Positions 19,441-29,617 are shown, counted from the first letter of the stretch. The stretch is DNA of 64,000 nucleotides from Dehalococcoidia bacterium (GCA_965197585.1 OZ240215.1:2720001-2784000); one strand, 5' to 3'. Notes: generated from the sequence alone by a model not told the origin. Translations and numbers: made by a program.

Positions 19441-19442
19441 AA

Positions 19443-20666
19443 CTAGATAGCTCCCTCTTTCTCCAGAGCGGCAACCTCATCTTCTGAATAGTCCAAGAGG
19501 CCCATGAGCACCTCTCGGTTATGCTGACCCAGGGTCGGGGCGGGGGCGAAGGTCTCGTCCTCAGTTTCCGACATTTTTATCGGGTTTCCGGCGGACTTGT
19601 ATTTGCCGCTCACCGGGTGCTCCTGCTCAACGACCATCTCGCGGTGCAGTATCTGCGGGTTGGACAGGGCCTCGGCGAAGTTGTTGACCTTGGCCGCGGG
19701 CACCTGTCCGTCGGCGAGCTCTTGCAGCCATTGCTCCACCGTCTTGGCAGAGAACGCTCTCTGGATGATCTCCTCCAGAGCCGCTTTGTTCTCATGCCTA
19801 AGGTTGGGCGAGGCGAAGCGAGGGTCTTCCGGGAGATCCGAGAATCCGTCCATACGGGAGATGATAACGGCCAGGTTTTCGTAGAATTTCTGGGTCGGGC
19901 AGCTTATCTGGACGTAAGCGCCATCGCTGGTCTGGAAGGCGCCGATGGGGACGTTGGTCTCGTGGCTGTTGCCTACGGGATTCGGGAGGTTGCCGGAAAC
20001 CAGGAACAGCTGACCTACGTGGGCCTGGAGGGCGATCTGGACGTCTAAAAGGCTGATGCTAACTTCCTGGCCGACGCCCTTCTGCTCCCGGGAGTAGAGT
20101 GCGGCCAGAATTCCCTGCACAGCGTATAGGCCACCGCCCAAATCGCCCATCGGGTATCCCATGAGGGCGGGGGGGCCTCCCTTGAATCCCGTGACGCTCA
20201 TTGCGCCGCCCATGGCCTGGATCATTCCATCGAAGGCTGGGTTGTTCTTGAGCGGGCCCGATGTACCGAAACCCGATATGGAGCAATATATGATCCGCGG
20301 GTTTATCTGTTTCAGGGCCTCGTAGCCGAAGCCCAGTCTGTCCAGCACCCCGGGCCTGAAGTTTTCGAAGACCACGTCCGAAACCTTCACTAGGCCGCGG
20401 AACACCTCCTGGCCTTTTTCGCTTTTCAGGTTGAGCGTTAGACCCTTCTTGTTGCGGTTCATGCCTAAGAAATAGGCACTCTCTCCCTCCAGATAGTAGG
20501 GCGGGAAGCGTCGGCTGGAGTCGCCGACCCCCGGCTGCTCGATCTTCAGGACCTCGGCGCCGAGGTCTCCCAAGATTCGGGAGCCGAAGGGCCCCGCCAA
20601 TGCCTGACTCATGTCCAGCACCCTCACTCCGGCGAGGGGCAGGCTGCTGCTGCCGTTACTACCCAT
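19443..20666 (-). CDS. CoA-transferase family III (CaiB/BaiF)
   Basis: LAGPF...DLGAEVLKIE, NRNKKGLTLNLK, ENFRPG, SISGFG, APTLGQHN. Confidence 0.93.
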   Translation of the reverse strand: MGSNGSSSLPLAGVRVLDMSQALAGPFGSRILGDLGAEVLKIEQPGVGDSSRRFPPYYLEGESAYFLGMNRNKKGLTLNLKSEKGQEVFRGLVKVSDVVFENFRPGVLDRLGFGYEALKQINPRIIYCSISGFGTSGPLKNNPAFDGMIQAMGGAMSVTGFKGGPPALMGYPMGDLGGGLYAVQGILAALYSREQKGVGQEVSISLLDVQIALQAHVGQLFLVSGNLPNPVGNSHETNVPIGAFQTSDGAYVQISCPTQKFYENLAVIISRMDGFSDLPEDPRFASPNLRHENKAALEEIIQRAFSAKTVEQWLQELADGQVPAAKVNNFAEALSNPQILHREMVVEQEHPVSGKYKSAGNPIKMSETEDETFAPAPTLGQHNREVLMGLLDYSEDEVAALEKEGAI

Positions 20667-21453
20667 AGGCTTTTCCTTCCAGGGCCAGTATGCCCTTGGT
20701 CTCTTGCCAAAGCTCTTCCAGCTCTGCGAAACCCATCTTCATGAGGTTGATACGGCGCTCCCGGCAAAGCTCCTCCATACGGGAGAAACGCCGGATGAAC
20801 TTCCTGTTTGACTTGCGCAGGGCCGCTTCCATGTCGAGATCCAGCTTACGGCCCACGTTGACGAGGGTCGAGAGGACGTCCCCGAACTCCTCTTCCCTTT
20901 GCTCGGCGGTCGACGCCTCTCTAAGCTCCGCGATCTCTTCGTCGAGCTTGTCCATGGCGCCGTCCAAGTCGTCCCAATCGAAGCCTGCGTTCGCAGCCCT
21001 CCGGTGGATCGATTGGCTGTGGGCGAGTGCGGGCATCGCAGATGGAACACCTTCGAGCACTGACTTCCGACCCTTTTCTTTCAGCTTGTTCGTTTCCCAA
21101 TTGCCCTCTACCTCCTCGGCGGTGGCGGCTTTGTCATCGCCGAAGACGTGGGGATGTCGACGCACGAGCTTGGCGGTCAGACCGGACACTACGTCTTCCA
21201 CACTGAACAGGCCTTTATCCTCGGCTATCCGGGAGTGGAGCATCACCTGGAGCAGGATGTCGCCAAGCTCTTCCTTTATCTTGGCGGGGTCGTCTTCGTC
21301 GAAGGCTTCGAGAGCCTCGTAGCACTCTTCGACGAGGTGCTTGCCGAGGGACTGATGGGTCTGCTTCCGGTCCCACGGACATCCTCCGGGGGCGCGAAGC
21401 TTTGCCACTATCTCAGTCAGGGTATCGAAATTGGACTGGTCTTCGTCGTTCAA
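20659..21453 (-). CDS. mazG: Nucleoside triphosphate pyrophosphohydrolase MazG
   Basis: LRAPGGCPWDRKQT, EELGDILLQV, RRHPHVFG, GFDW, EEEFGD; TTG start with AGAGGAG RBS. Confidence 0.93.
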   Translation of the reverse strand: MNDEDQSNFDTLTEIVAKLRAPGGCPWDRKQTHQSLGKHLVEECYEALEAFDEDDPAKIKEELGDILLQVMLHSRIAEDKGLFSVEDVVSGLTAKLVRRHPHVFGDDKAATAEEVEGNWETNKLKEKGRKSVLEGVPSAMPALAHSQSIHRRAANAGFDWDDLDGAMDKLDEEIAELREASTAEQREEEFGDVLSTLVNVGRKLDLDMEAALRKSNRKFIRRFSRMEELCRERRINLMKMGFAELEELWQETKGILALEGKAYG

Positions 21454-21663
21454 GGGCGTCCGGCTCCTCTCCCGCCCCGTAGAGGCGCCGAGGGCGATTA
21501 TAACGGCCCGCCCCTTTCCTTGACAACAAATTGACCATCTCCCTACCATTCCTTAGATGAGGCTACAGGCTCGGCATCCTGGCCTCGTTGCCCAGGCCTG
21601 CAATCGTTACGTTACCCTCACTGGATTGGCCTGACACAATGGCACCGGAGCAGGAACTTTGTT

Positions 21664-22209
21664 ATGGGCCTACGCCTCAATCGGGAAATTAAAGCATACT
21701 GCCCCGACTTCGTACCGGTCCGGGGACTTCTCCGGGATTTGAAGGCGGTCTTCATTGAGGCTAAAGACCAGGTGGATTACTTCTACCATCTGCCGGATAG
21801 CAAAAATTCCAAGGGAAGGCGTCGGCTGAAACTCCGTTTCGAAAACGGAAAGAGACAGCTAATCTATTACTGCGACCGCCAAGAAGGAAACGCCAGGACC
21901 AGCAGGTTTCATCTGTGGAATATAGATGACCCCCAAATGGAGGAAGCATTGGATGCCGTCCTGGGCACCCGTGCTATAGTCCGAAAGCATAGAGAACTAT
22001 GGCATAAAGAAAATGTCATCTTCAACTTGGATACGGTGGAGGGGGTGGGGCAAATTCTCGAGGTGGAGGTGCAGGACAAGGATGGGCACGACATCAACTG
22101 CCAAATTGAGGAGTACGGTCGTCTATTGGGACCTTTCCTAGGTCGCTACATCAACGGATCCAACGAGGACCTCGTAGCTGCGGCGGTACGCTGCCGCACA
22201 TCTATCTAA
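21664..22209 (+). CDS. CYTH-domain protein (class IV adenylate cyclase / triphosphate tunnel)
   Basis: EIKA, QVDYFY, RLKLR, VRKHRE, LDTVEGVGQILEVEV. Confidence 0.8.
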   Translation: MGLRLNREIKAYCPDFVPVRGLLRDLKAVFIEAKDQVDYFYHLPDSKNSKGRRRLKLRFENGKRQLIYYCDRQEGNARTSRFHLWNIDDPQMEEALDAVLGTRAIVRKHRELWHKENVIFNLDTVEGVGQILEVEVQDKDGHDINCQIEEYGRLLGPFLGRYINGSNEDLVAAAVRCRTSI

Positions 22210-22248
22210 ACAAATACACAAATTCCTCGCCTCCTCCTGATACCCCCA

Positions 22249-22992
22249 ATGACACCCAACACTCGCGCCATCCATCTTTCCCTCCGATTTGCTGTGGCCC
22301 TCGCGGTCGTAGCCATCCCTTTGCTCCTGGTGACGAGCAGCCTGCGCTTTGCCATCAATGCCGGGGGGCTCTACGAGTACGGTTTCGACCGGTACAACAT
22401 CAGCCTTCGAACCGGCATATCCAAGCCCGAACTGTCCCGCATCGGAGAAAAGATCCGAGACTACTTCAACGACGACACGGAACTCATCGACATCGATGCA
22501 GTGATCTACGGAGACCTCCAGCCCCTGTTCACCGAGCGGGAAATCATCCACATGCAGGACGTGAAGGGCTTGATCCACACCGTCTATATGTGGCAGTGGA
22601 TATCGCTGGGATGCCTGGCAGCGTGCTTGGCCGGTTACGCTTGGTTGAGGCGGCGGGAAGCGATTCCGGGAGTCGTGCGGGTGGGGTTCTGGGGAGGGGT
22701 GGTCACGTTGCTGATTATCGGGGCGTTGGGACTGGGATCTCTGGTTGGATTCGAGGCTCTCTTCCTGAAGTTCCACCAGCTGAGCTTTGCCAACGACTTG
22801 TGGAGGTTGAACCCACGAATCCACAACCTCATCGCCATGTTCCCGGAGCCATTCTTCCGGGACGCTACTCTTTTCGTCGCATTGATGGCTATCGGGCAGG
22901 CGTTGCTCCTGGTGTGCGTGGGGCTCGGGGACAGGCTAAGCCGTCGATTCTCGATGCAAAGAGAAAGGGCCGCTGACAGCGGCCCGGAATAA
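22249..22992 (+). CDS. TIGR01906/DUF1461 membrane protein (Lit-like)
   Basis: REIIHMQDVKGL, FLKFHQLSFANDLW, LIAMFPEPFF; four hydrophobic segments. Confidence 0.85.
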   Translation: MTPNTRAIHLSLRFAVALAVVAIPLLLVTSSLRFAINAGGLYEYGFDRYNISLRTGISKPELSRIGEKIRDYFNDDTELIDIDAVIYGDLQPLFTEREIIHMQDVKGLIHTVYMWQWISLGCLAACLAGYAWLRRREAIPGVVRVGFWGGVVTLLIIGALGLGSLVGFEALFLKFHQLSFANDLWRLNPRIHNLIAMFPEPFFRDATLFVALMAIGQALLLVCVGLGDRLSRRFSMQRERAADSGPE

Positions 22993-23007
22993 CCCGATTC
23001 GAACCGG

Positions 23008-23241
23008 CTAGTGGGCGCAGCCACATCCTGTGGGCGAACAGCCACCGCAGCCGACTCCTGCGCCGGCCATGGGAAGCGGGGAAACTCCATCGCCGGTGGA
23101 GAAGGACGCGAATACCGAGAGCACTCTCTGGGCGCCGTTGTTACACGAGCGGCAGACGGCGGGCTCGTTGGCTTCCCGCATGGGTCTAAGCATCTCGAAC
23201 TGATGGCCGCAGTCGGAGCATCGGTATTCGTACAGGGGCAT
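23008..23241 (-). CDS. FmdB-family zinc-ribbon protein
   Basis: MPLYEYRCSDCG...CRSC; GGAGG RBS. Confidence 0.88.
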   Translation of the reverse strand: MPLYEYRCSDCGHQFEMLRPMREANEPAVCRSCNNGAQRVLSVFASFSTGDGVSPLPMAGAGVGCGGCSPTGCGCAH

Positions 23242-23369
23242 CGTGTTCCTCCGGGATGTCTGTGGCCATACTAGTCAGCCGTTTGAGATTCTGTCAAGAT
23301 TATGTCTCCGTAATAGTTGCTGGGACGCCTCGAGAGTGCTTCCAAACCAGCGCAAACAACAAGCCAAAA

Positions 23370-23804
23370 ATGCACAAATCAACAAAACAACCATGGATGC
23401 CCGCCGACGAGTACGGACGCTCCCTTCCGTCCCTTTCCCTTAACCTGTTGGTACGTAAATTGTCACGGTCCATTCCCTTTTACGAGAACGTCCTAGGCGC
23501 GGAAGTGGTGTATTGGGACGAGGACTTCGCGGCACTGAAAATCGGCGGGGTCGACTTCATGCTCCATGCCGACCACACCTACGAAGACCACCCGTGGGTC
23601 GATCCGCTGGCTTCGGGGATGATGCGGGGTCTCGGGGCAGAGCTGAGGGTGCTGGGCCTGGACCCCGATGAGGTGGAGGCGCGGGCGCGGGGGGCTCGGG
23701 CGACTATCGTAGAGCCTGCAAAGGACAAACCACACGGATGGCGGGAGACCATGATCGCGGACCCGGACGGGTACGTATGGGCAGTGGGGGTCAAGATCCC
23801 CTAA
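23370..23804 (+). CDS. VOC/glyoxalase family protein
   Basis: FYENVLGA, DKPHGWRETMIADPDGYVW. Confidence 0.8.
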   Translation: MHKSTKQPWMPADEYGRSLPSLSLNLLVRKLSRSIPFYENVLGAEVVYWDEDFAALKIGGVDFMLHADHTYEDHPWVDPLASGMMRGLGAELRVLGLDPDEVEARARGARATIVEPAKDKPHGWRETMIADPDGYVWAVGVKIP

Positions 23805-23851
23805 TCCTCTTCGATACGACAGTGAGGAACTCCTAGGAAAGCTATCTCCGT

Positions 23852-24592
23852 ATGCCTGCAACGATTTTCGTCCGATCTCCGATTGTGTCCGCCCGTCCCC
23901 CTGTTTTGCTGATACACGGGGCTGCCAACTCGTCATCGGCCTGGAAGTTCTGGCAAAAGGCTCTCGCCCGGCGAGGCTGGAGCAGCTATGCGATAGACCT
24001 TCGGGGGCACGGTAAGAGTGATGGCTCGGTGGACGGGGCACTGATGTCGGACTACGTGGATGACGTCACGGAGGTGGCGAGTGGGCTCTCAGCAAAGCCG
24101 GTTGTGATGGGATGGAGCATGGGAGGGCTGGTCGCCTTGATGGCGGCGGCTGGGGGTCGGGCGAGGGCGTGCGTGGCTTTATCTCCCACGCCACCGGCTG
24201 CCGAGCGGGACATGAGTGTCGAGATCCGCCGAGGTGTGTACGGCCCAGAGGAGTACGGAATCAGAAGCGACGACCCATCCAAACAGCCTGTAATGCGCGA
24301 TCTTGACGAAGAGGAACGCTCTGTTGCCCTCGGGTCCCTATCCCAGGAATCCCGATCAGCGAGGGATGAGCGAAAGGCGGGAGTCGTAATTTCGTCAATG
24401 CCCTGCCCTTTGCTTCTAGTCACGGGGAGCAAAGATCGGGTCTTTCCGCGGTCGGAGTATGCGGAGATGGGACTTGGCGCCGAGCACCTGGAGGCAGAAG
24501 GTGCGTCACACTGGGGTCTCGTGGTCAACCGGCGGGTGCTGCCGGGGCTGGCAAGAAGTGTGACCGAGTGGTTGGACGTGAAGGTTGGGTAG
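23852..24592 (+). CDS. Alpha/beta hydrolase
   Basis: LIHG, DLRGHG, GWSMGG nucleophile elbow, D and H of the triad. Confidence 0.88.
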   Translation: MPATIFVRSPIVSARPPVLLIHGAANSSSAWKFWQKALARRGWSSYAIDLRGHGKSDGSVDGALMSDYVDDVTEVASGLSAKPVVMGWSMGGLVALMAAAGGRARACVALSPTPPAAERDMSVEIRRGVYGPEEYGIRSDDPSKQPVMRDLDEEERSVALGSLSQESRSARDERKAGVVISSMPCPLLLVTGSKDRVFPRSEYAEMGLGAEHLEAEGASHWGLVVNRRVLPGLARSVTEWLDVKVG

Positions 24593-24609
24593 CTAGGTCG
24601 AACGACCTT

Positions 24610-25779
24610 TCAGACCCTCGTATCCGCCGAAATTCCTTCCAGCAATCCCTTGACCCGGGCCAGGAACCTGATTGCCTGGTCGCCGTCCAGGGCGCGGTGG
24701 TCGAAAGATAGGCAGAGATTCATCATCGAGCGGACGGCGATGGCGTCGTCGCCGATGACGACGGGACGCTTGACTATGGCCTCGGTGGTCATGATGGCGG
24801 CCTGGGGCGGGTTGATTAGAGGCATACTCAACACGGACCCCAAAGCTCCCGTATTGTTCACGGTGAAGGTGCCGCCCTGAACGTCGGCGGGGCCCAGTTT
24901 GTCATCCCGCGCCTTTTCGATGAGGGAGTTCGCGTCTCGGGTAAGTTCGGCGACAGTCCTCCTCTCGGCATTCTTAAGCACCGGTACGATCAGTCCTTTG
25001 TCTCGGGCCACGGCGATACCGAGGTTAATCTCGTTCTTAAGGATGATCCTGTCGTCCTGCCATGAAGAGTTGACCTCGGGTGCAGAGCGCAGGACTGAGG
25101 CCACGGTCTGTAGGATGAACGGCAGGTAGGTGAGGTTCACACCCTCTCGACTGCGAAACTCCTCCTTCAGTCCCTTCACCAACGCCACAAGTCCAGAGAC
25201 GTCCACTTCCATCACAGTCCATGCGTGGGGAATGTCATGTGCGCTCTGGGCCATTCTTTGGGCGATGGCTCGTCTCACGGGGTCCAGAGCCCCACCAGAG
25301 GCTACGTCAGAGACTCCATTCCCTGCCCCACGCTTCTCCGCCGCCTGTAACACGTCGGCCTTGGTGATCCGTCCACCGGCACCCGTGCCTTGCAGCGAGG
25401 AAAGGTCGATGCCGTGTTCCTCGGCGAGCCTCCGCACCAGTGGCGAGTGACGTGCTTGCCGACTGTTGACTGCCGGGTCGGCGGCGTTCTTGGCGGGGTC
25501 TTGGATGTCGGGGGCCGGTCGGGGCGTGGAGTCAGCGACAGGCGCGGCTTGCAGGATGGCAATGGGTGTTCCGACCGTTACGGTTTCACCTTCGGCAACC
25601 AGCAACTCTCCCATGAACCCGGCAGCCGGGGATGGCAGCTCCAGGGTCACCTTGTCGGTGACAATCTCCGCTATGGACTCATAGCGCTCGACGGGGTCTC
25701 CGGGTTGCTTGAGCCACCGGGCTATGGTGCCCTCTACAATGGTCTCGGCGACCTCGGGCATGGTGACTGTTACTGACAA
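24610..25779 (-). CDS. bkdB: 2-oxoacid dehydrogenase E2 (dihydrolipoamide acyltransferase)
   Basis: Lipoyl motif TDKV, PSBD GTGAGGRITKAD, FDHRALDG. Confidence 0.85.
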   Translation of the reverse strand: MSVTVTMPEVAETIVEGTIARWLKQPGDPVERYESIAEIVTDKVTLELPSPAAGFMGELLVAEGETVTVGTPIAILQAAPVADSTPRPAPDIQDPAKNAADPAVNSRQARHSPLVRRLAEEHGIDLSSLQGTGAGGRITKADVLQAAEKRGAGNGVSDVASGGALDPVRRAIAQRMAQSAHDIPHAWTVMEVDVSGLVALVKGLKEEFRSREGVNLTYLPFILQTVASVLRSAPEVNSSWQDDRIILKNEINLGIAVARDKGLIVPVLKNAERRTVAELTRDANSLIEKARDDKLGPADVQGGTFTVNNTGALGSVLSMPLINPPQAAIMTTEAIVKRPVVIGDDAIAVRSMMNLCLSFDHRALDGDQAIRFLARVKGLLEGISADTRV

Positions 25780-25825
25780 CGCGGGTTCCTTTCAGCAGGA
25801 AGATCTTGCGGACATGAGAGGACGG

Positions 25826-26809
25826 TCAGTAGGCCGCGAGTTCTCTGAGGGCAGCCGCGATTTTGGCGGGATTGGGCAGGGCATCGAACTCCATGGTCGG
25901 GTGGAAGGGCATCGACGGAATATCCGGGGAGGCGACTCTCATTACCGGCCCGTCGAGATATTCGAAGGCCTCGGAAGCGAGTATGGCGGAGAGCTCGGCA
26001 CCGTAGCCCAGGGTCAGGTTATCCTCGTAGACAATCAGCGCCTTGCTGGTCTTTTTCACGGAGTCGAGCACGGCACCTTTGTCCAGTGGCGAGAGCGTCC
26101 TCAGATCGACGACCTCCACGCTTACACCCTCATCTGCAAGCTCTTCCGCGGCCTCCAGGCAGTAGTGCACCATCAGCCCGTAGGCGAATACGCTTATGTC
26201 CGTGCCCTCACGCTTCACGTCGGCGAGGCCGAGAGGCACGGTGTAGTCCTCGTCCGGCACCTCACCTTTGATGAGCCTGTAGGTGCGCTTGTGTTCCAGA
26301 AACATCACGGGGTCCGGGTCCCGGATGCTTGACTTGAGCAGGCCCTTGGCGTCGTAGGGAGTGGACGGGGCTACAACCTTGAGGCCCGGGATGTGAGCGA
26401 GCTGCACCTCGATGCTCTGGGAGTGGTAAAGGCCCCCGTGTATCCCGGCACCGTAGGGTGTTCGCATGACCATCGGCACGGTGAATGCGCCGTCTGAGCG
26501 GTAGCGGAACTTGGCAGCCTCGTTGACGAGCTGGTCGTAGGCCGGGAACATGAAGTCGGCGAACTGTATCTCGGCGACGGGACGCATGCCGTTGACTGCC
26601 ATGCCTATGGCTATGCCGACAATGGCAGTCTCCGCAAGGGGGGTATCGATGATTTGGCGCTCCCCGAAGCGGGCCAAGAACCCCTCAGTTGCGCGGAAGG
26701 CCCCGCCCATGTTGCCCACATCCTCACCCATGATGACGACACTGTCGTCGCGCTCCAGCTCTTCGGCGAGGGCCTCTTTGATCGCCTCCAGAACCGTCTT
26801 TTCCGCCAC
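25826..26809 (-). CDS. bkdA2: 2-oxoacid dehydrogenase E1 beta (branched-chain type)
   Basis: GEDVG, DTPLAE, EIQFADF, GGLYHSQS. Confidence 0.85.
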   Translation of the reverse strand: MAEKTVLEAIKEALAEELERDDSVVIMGEDVGNMGGAFRATEGFLARFGERQIIDTPLAETAIVGIAIGMAVNGMRPVAEIQFADFMFPAYDQLVNEAAKFRYRSDGAFTVPMVMRTPYGAGIHGGLYHSQSIEVQLAHIPGLKVVAPSTPYDAKGLLKSSIRDPDPVMFLEHKRTYRLIKGEVPDEDYTVPLGLADVKREGTDISVFAYGLMVHYCLEAAEELADEGVSVEVVDLRTLSPLDKGAVLDSVKKTSKALIVYEDNLTLGYGAELSAILASEAFEYLDGPVMRVASPDIPSMPFHPTMEFDALPNPAKIAAALRELAAY

Positions 26810-26810
26810 G

Positions 26811-27839
26811 CTACACCCCGTCCGTGGAGTAGATCCGGGTGTACGCGCTATCAGATGTGGGGTCGGGGCTTGCCTCTGCGGAGTCCACAGCCTCCTCCAA
26901 TATTGTCATTACTTCTTGCTCAAGCTCAGAGGCCCGCGCCTCGTCCAGGACAGAAAGGTCTATGAGGAGGTTTCTGTACCGGGCCACGGGGTCCGACTCC
27001 CGCTCCGCGCTGAGTTCTTCAGGAGTGCGGTAACGGCGGTGGTCGTCGTTGCTGCTGTGGGAGCTGAAGCGGTGGACCTTGGCCTCGATGAGGGTTGGGC
27101 CTTCGCCGCGAGCGGCGCGGTCTCGGGCATCTCTCGTGGCCCGGACAACGTCGAGGACGTTCATCCCGTCAACCGCGACTCCCGGCATCCCGTAGCCCTC
27201 TGCCTTACTCGATATGTCCTGCACCACCATTTGCCTGGACTGCGGGACCGATATGGCCCAGCCATTGTTTTCGCAGAAGAATATGACCGGCAGCTTGTGG
27301 ACAGCTGCGAAGTTCATCGCCTCATGGAAATCGCCCTTGCTTGTGGCGCCGTCTCCGAAGTAGGTGATGGAGACCGCATCTTCCCCTCTGTGCTTGGAGG
27401 CGAATGCCGTCCCGACACCGTGGAGGATCTGCGTGGCGACGCAGCTCGATCCGCTGATAATGTTCCGCTCTTTGCTGCTGTAGTGGCCAGGGAGTTGGCG
27501 TCCGCCGCTGTACGGGTCAGCGGCCTTGCCGAGGGCATGAAGCACCATATCTTTCGGCTCGGAACCCACGGCAAGGGCCACGGCGAGGTCACGGTAGTAG
27601 GGGACAAAGATGTCGGCGCCGGGCCTCATGCCGTAGACACTGCCCACCTGCGCAGCCTCGTGGCCTTCGCAGGAGACCAGGAAGTAGACCTTACCCTGTC
27701 TTCCGAGCAGCCATAACCGCTCCGAAACGGCGCGCGCCGTGAACATGTCACGGTAAATGGCGATTAGGTCTGTGGGATTGAGTCCTAGTTCGTTGGGGGA
27801 GACCTGAACGTCTGCAGTTCCACGGGTCACAGCCATCAC
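26811..27839 (-). CDS. bkdA1: 2-oxoacid dehydrogenase E1 alpha (branched-chain type)
   Basis: GHEAAQVG, YYRD, GGRQLPGHY, GDGATS...ENN TPP motif, HSSNDD. Confidence 0.85.
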   Translation of the reverse strand: MMAVTRGTADVQVSPNELGLNPTDLIAIYRDMFTARAVSERLWLLGRQGKVYFLVSCEGHEAAQVGSVYGMRPGADIFVPYYRDLAVALAVGSEPKDMVLHALGKAADPYSGGRQLPGHYSSKERNIISGSSCVATQILHGVGTAFASKHRGEDAVSITYFGDGATSKGDFHEAMNFAAVHKLPVIFFCENNGWAISVPQSRQMVVQDISSKAEGYGMPGVAVDGMNVLDVVRATRDARDRAARGEGPTLIEAKVHRFSSHSSNDDHRRYRTPEELSAERESDPVARYRNLLIDLSVLDEARASELEQEVMTILEEAVDSAEASPDPTSDSAYTRIYSTDGV

Positions 27840-27968
27840 TCCCCTTTAGTCTGAATGGGTGCTTTTACCAGCGTAGCATCCCCGAAAGGGAAGCGTCAAA
27901 CGTCGGAAAATGGGGGTAGTGTCTCAGTTTGAGTTGAGGGATCTCGATGATCGCTCGAGGCTGAGGGT

Positions 27969-27997
27969 TTGAGTTATTGGGGTGTAGACACTATAAT
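27969..27997 (+). promoter_or_regulatory. Sigma70-type promoter
   Basis: TTGAGT-N17-TATAAT, followed by AGGAAGG RBS (28014-20) and ATG 28027. Confidence 0.7.
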
Positions 27998-28026
27998 CTG
28001 GGACATCACGATCAGGAAGGTCCTTA

Positions 28027-28167
28027 ATGGCTGAAAGACCCAAACCCACCCCCAAGCCTCCCACTAGGCCGACTCCACCTCCTAGACGTACCTCCCCTCC
28101 AACCACACCTCTAAGGGAGGCCTCACCACCATCTAGACGGAGGCCTCCTCAACCTCCTAATCCGTGA
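28027..28167 (+). CDS. 46-aa Pro/Arg-rich peptide (not in ORF track)
   Basis: MAERPKPTPKPPTRPTPPPRRTSPPTTPLREASPPSRRRPPQPPNP*; promoter and RBS upstream. Confidence 0.6.
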   Translation: MAERPKPTPKPPTRPTPPPRRTSPPTTPLREASPPSRRRPPQPPNP

Positions 28168-28708
28168 TCTGGAAGACTCCCTCTAGAAAGTCTCGTGCTT
28201 GCTTGTCTGCCTGGTCACTAAGTTTCGAGTCGAACGCTCCACACTCGGTCTCTAGTTGTATCAGCCTCCCTTCATCCAGTAGCTGATAACACCTATCGAC
28301 AACCCTATCATCACCTATTCTCGACTCGGCCCACAAAATCCTCCATCGAGCAGCTAGATGTCTCCACCTAATGGAGGCCGTCGCCGCCAGCGAGATGTTT
28401 TTTATAGTCTCCCCTCGGTAGGCCCAGATCGTAGAGGCGATAGATGCAATAGTCGACCCCAGGCCTGCGGCAGTCATCCTTGTTGCCCATAACGCTTGGT
28501 CCGATGGTAGCGAGAGACCGATGATTAGAAGCGCAGAGGCGATCACAGCCAGACCGATCGTAATTCGAATAGTCTTGTCATGACCCCTCCGTAGCTTTGC
28601 CTCATACATTGGATAGTATTGTGCAAGGAACTCTGAGTCGAACACCCCCTCCCACACCACGCTGTGGAATGCCTGAGGCGTCGTTCTAGTATCTTTTCCC
28701 AGCATCAC
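28157..28708 (-). CDS. Two-transmembrane-helix protein, possibly SLATT-like
   Basis: GGAGGTGAGG RBS; two hydrophobic helices flanked by soluble helical segments. Confidence 0.7.
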   Translation of the reverse strand: MMLGKDTRTTPQAFHSVVWEGVFDSEFLAQYYPMYEAKLRRGHDKTIRITIGLAVIASALLIIGLSLPSDQALWATRMTAAGLGSTIASIASTIWAYRGETIKNISLAATASIRWRHLAARWRILWAESRIGDDRVVDRCYQLLDEGRLIQLETECGAFDSKLSDQADKQARDFLEGVFQITD

Positions 28709-28738
28709 CTCACCTCCTGTGCCTGCCTAATACACCTA

Positions 28739-29617
28739 TTATATCCGTGAGGCGACCAGTCTGATCTCCCTTTTCGTCCTAGACCCCCACGGAGCCCTCT
28801 CGGGTCTCCGCTTCTCCACCATCTCCAGAATCCACCCCATGCTCCGAGGTGTCTCGGCCAGCCCACTCCTTACAGCAGGCGTGGTGCCAATGGAGGAGTG
28901 ACGCCGGACGAAGTTGTAGTAGGTGAAATAAAGGGCCAGGGCGTGGCGGTGGTTCTCGATCTTCTTCGAGAACGCGTCGGTCTTCCTCGTGTACCTACGC
29001 ACTCCCATCCTCATGCTCCGGTTCATCCGCTCGACCAGGGAGGTGCTGATGAATCGCTCATCGGGAGAGCCTGAGACTATCTCGGCGACCGACATCACTC
29101 TGCTGTCCTCCTCTGGATGGGGTACGAACACCTTAACGATCCGTGCGAAATCGGCGTCTGCTCCAAAGGCCGACTCGATGGCGGGAACGTAGGCCTGATA
29201 GCCATCCGTGGTGATCTGGACCCGTCCCTCGAGACGAGCGCGTAGGTCGAGCATGAACTCATTTGCGGAGGACTGAGTGCGATCTCCCACAAGCCAAGAC
29301 ACCATGAGCTTCGAATCGGGGTCAAGGGCCGTCCACGTCCACACATCCCCCGCCCACTCTGGGTTACCCAGAATTCGAGGGACATTCTTCTGTCGGGCGT
29401 AGGCGTAGCACCAGATCTCGTCGCACTCAATTCGCCGAATCCGAATACCCCTCATATGATCGTGGTGGAAGGCCGCACACGCCTCTCCAGCCTCTCGGAG
29501 GAGCTTGAGCACGGTATTAGTAGACACTCCCGTGAGGCGGGCGGTGGAGCGGATGCTCGATCCCTCAACGAGCATTCCGAGAATGCCTATCCTAGTGTGC
29601 GTCGGTAGCTGGTGCAT
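28739..29617 (-). CDS. IS1-family DDE transposase (single ORF, N-terminal HTH)
   Basis: LVEGSSIRSTARLTGVSTNTV HTH; ECDEIW, TTDG, STSLVERMN; RRYTRKTDAFSKK. Confidence 0.92.
   Translation of the reverse strand: MHQLPTHTRIGILGMLVEGSSIRSTARLTGVSTNTVLKLLREAGEACAAFHHDHMRGIRIRRIECDEIWCYAYARQKNVPRILGNPEWAGDVWTWTALDPDSKLMVSWLVGDRTQSSANEFMLDLRARLEGRVQITTDGYQAYVPAIESAFGADADFARIVKVFVPHPEEDSRVMSVAEIVSGSPDERFISTSLVERMNRSMRMGVRRYTRKTDAFSKKIENHRHALALYFTYYNFVRRHSSIGTTPAVRSGLAETPRSMGWILEMVEKRRPERAPWGSRTKREIRLVASRI

Noticed and set aside
27924-28106. 60-aa Gly/Val-rich minus-strand ORF ending in the IR
   Set aside because: No clear RBS; better explained as the antisense shadow of the Pro-rich ORF, which has a promoter and RBS. 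Not fully excluded.
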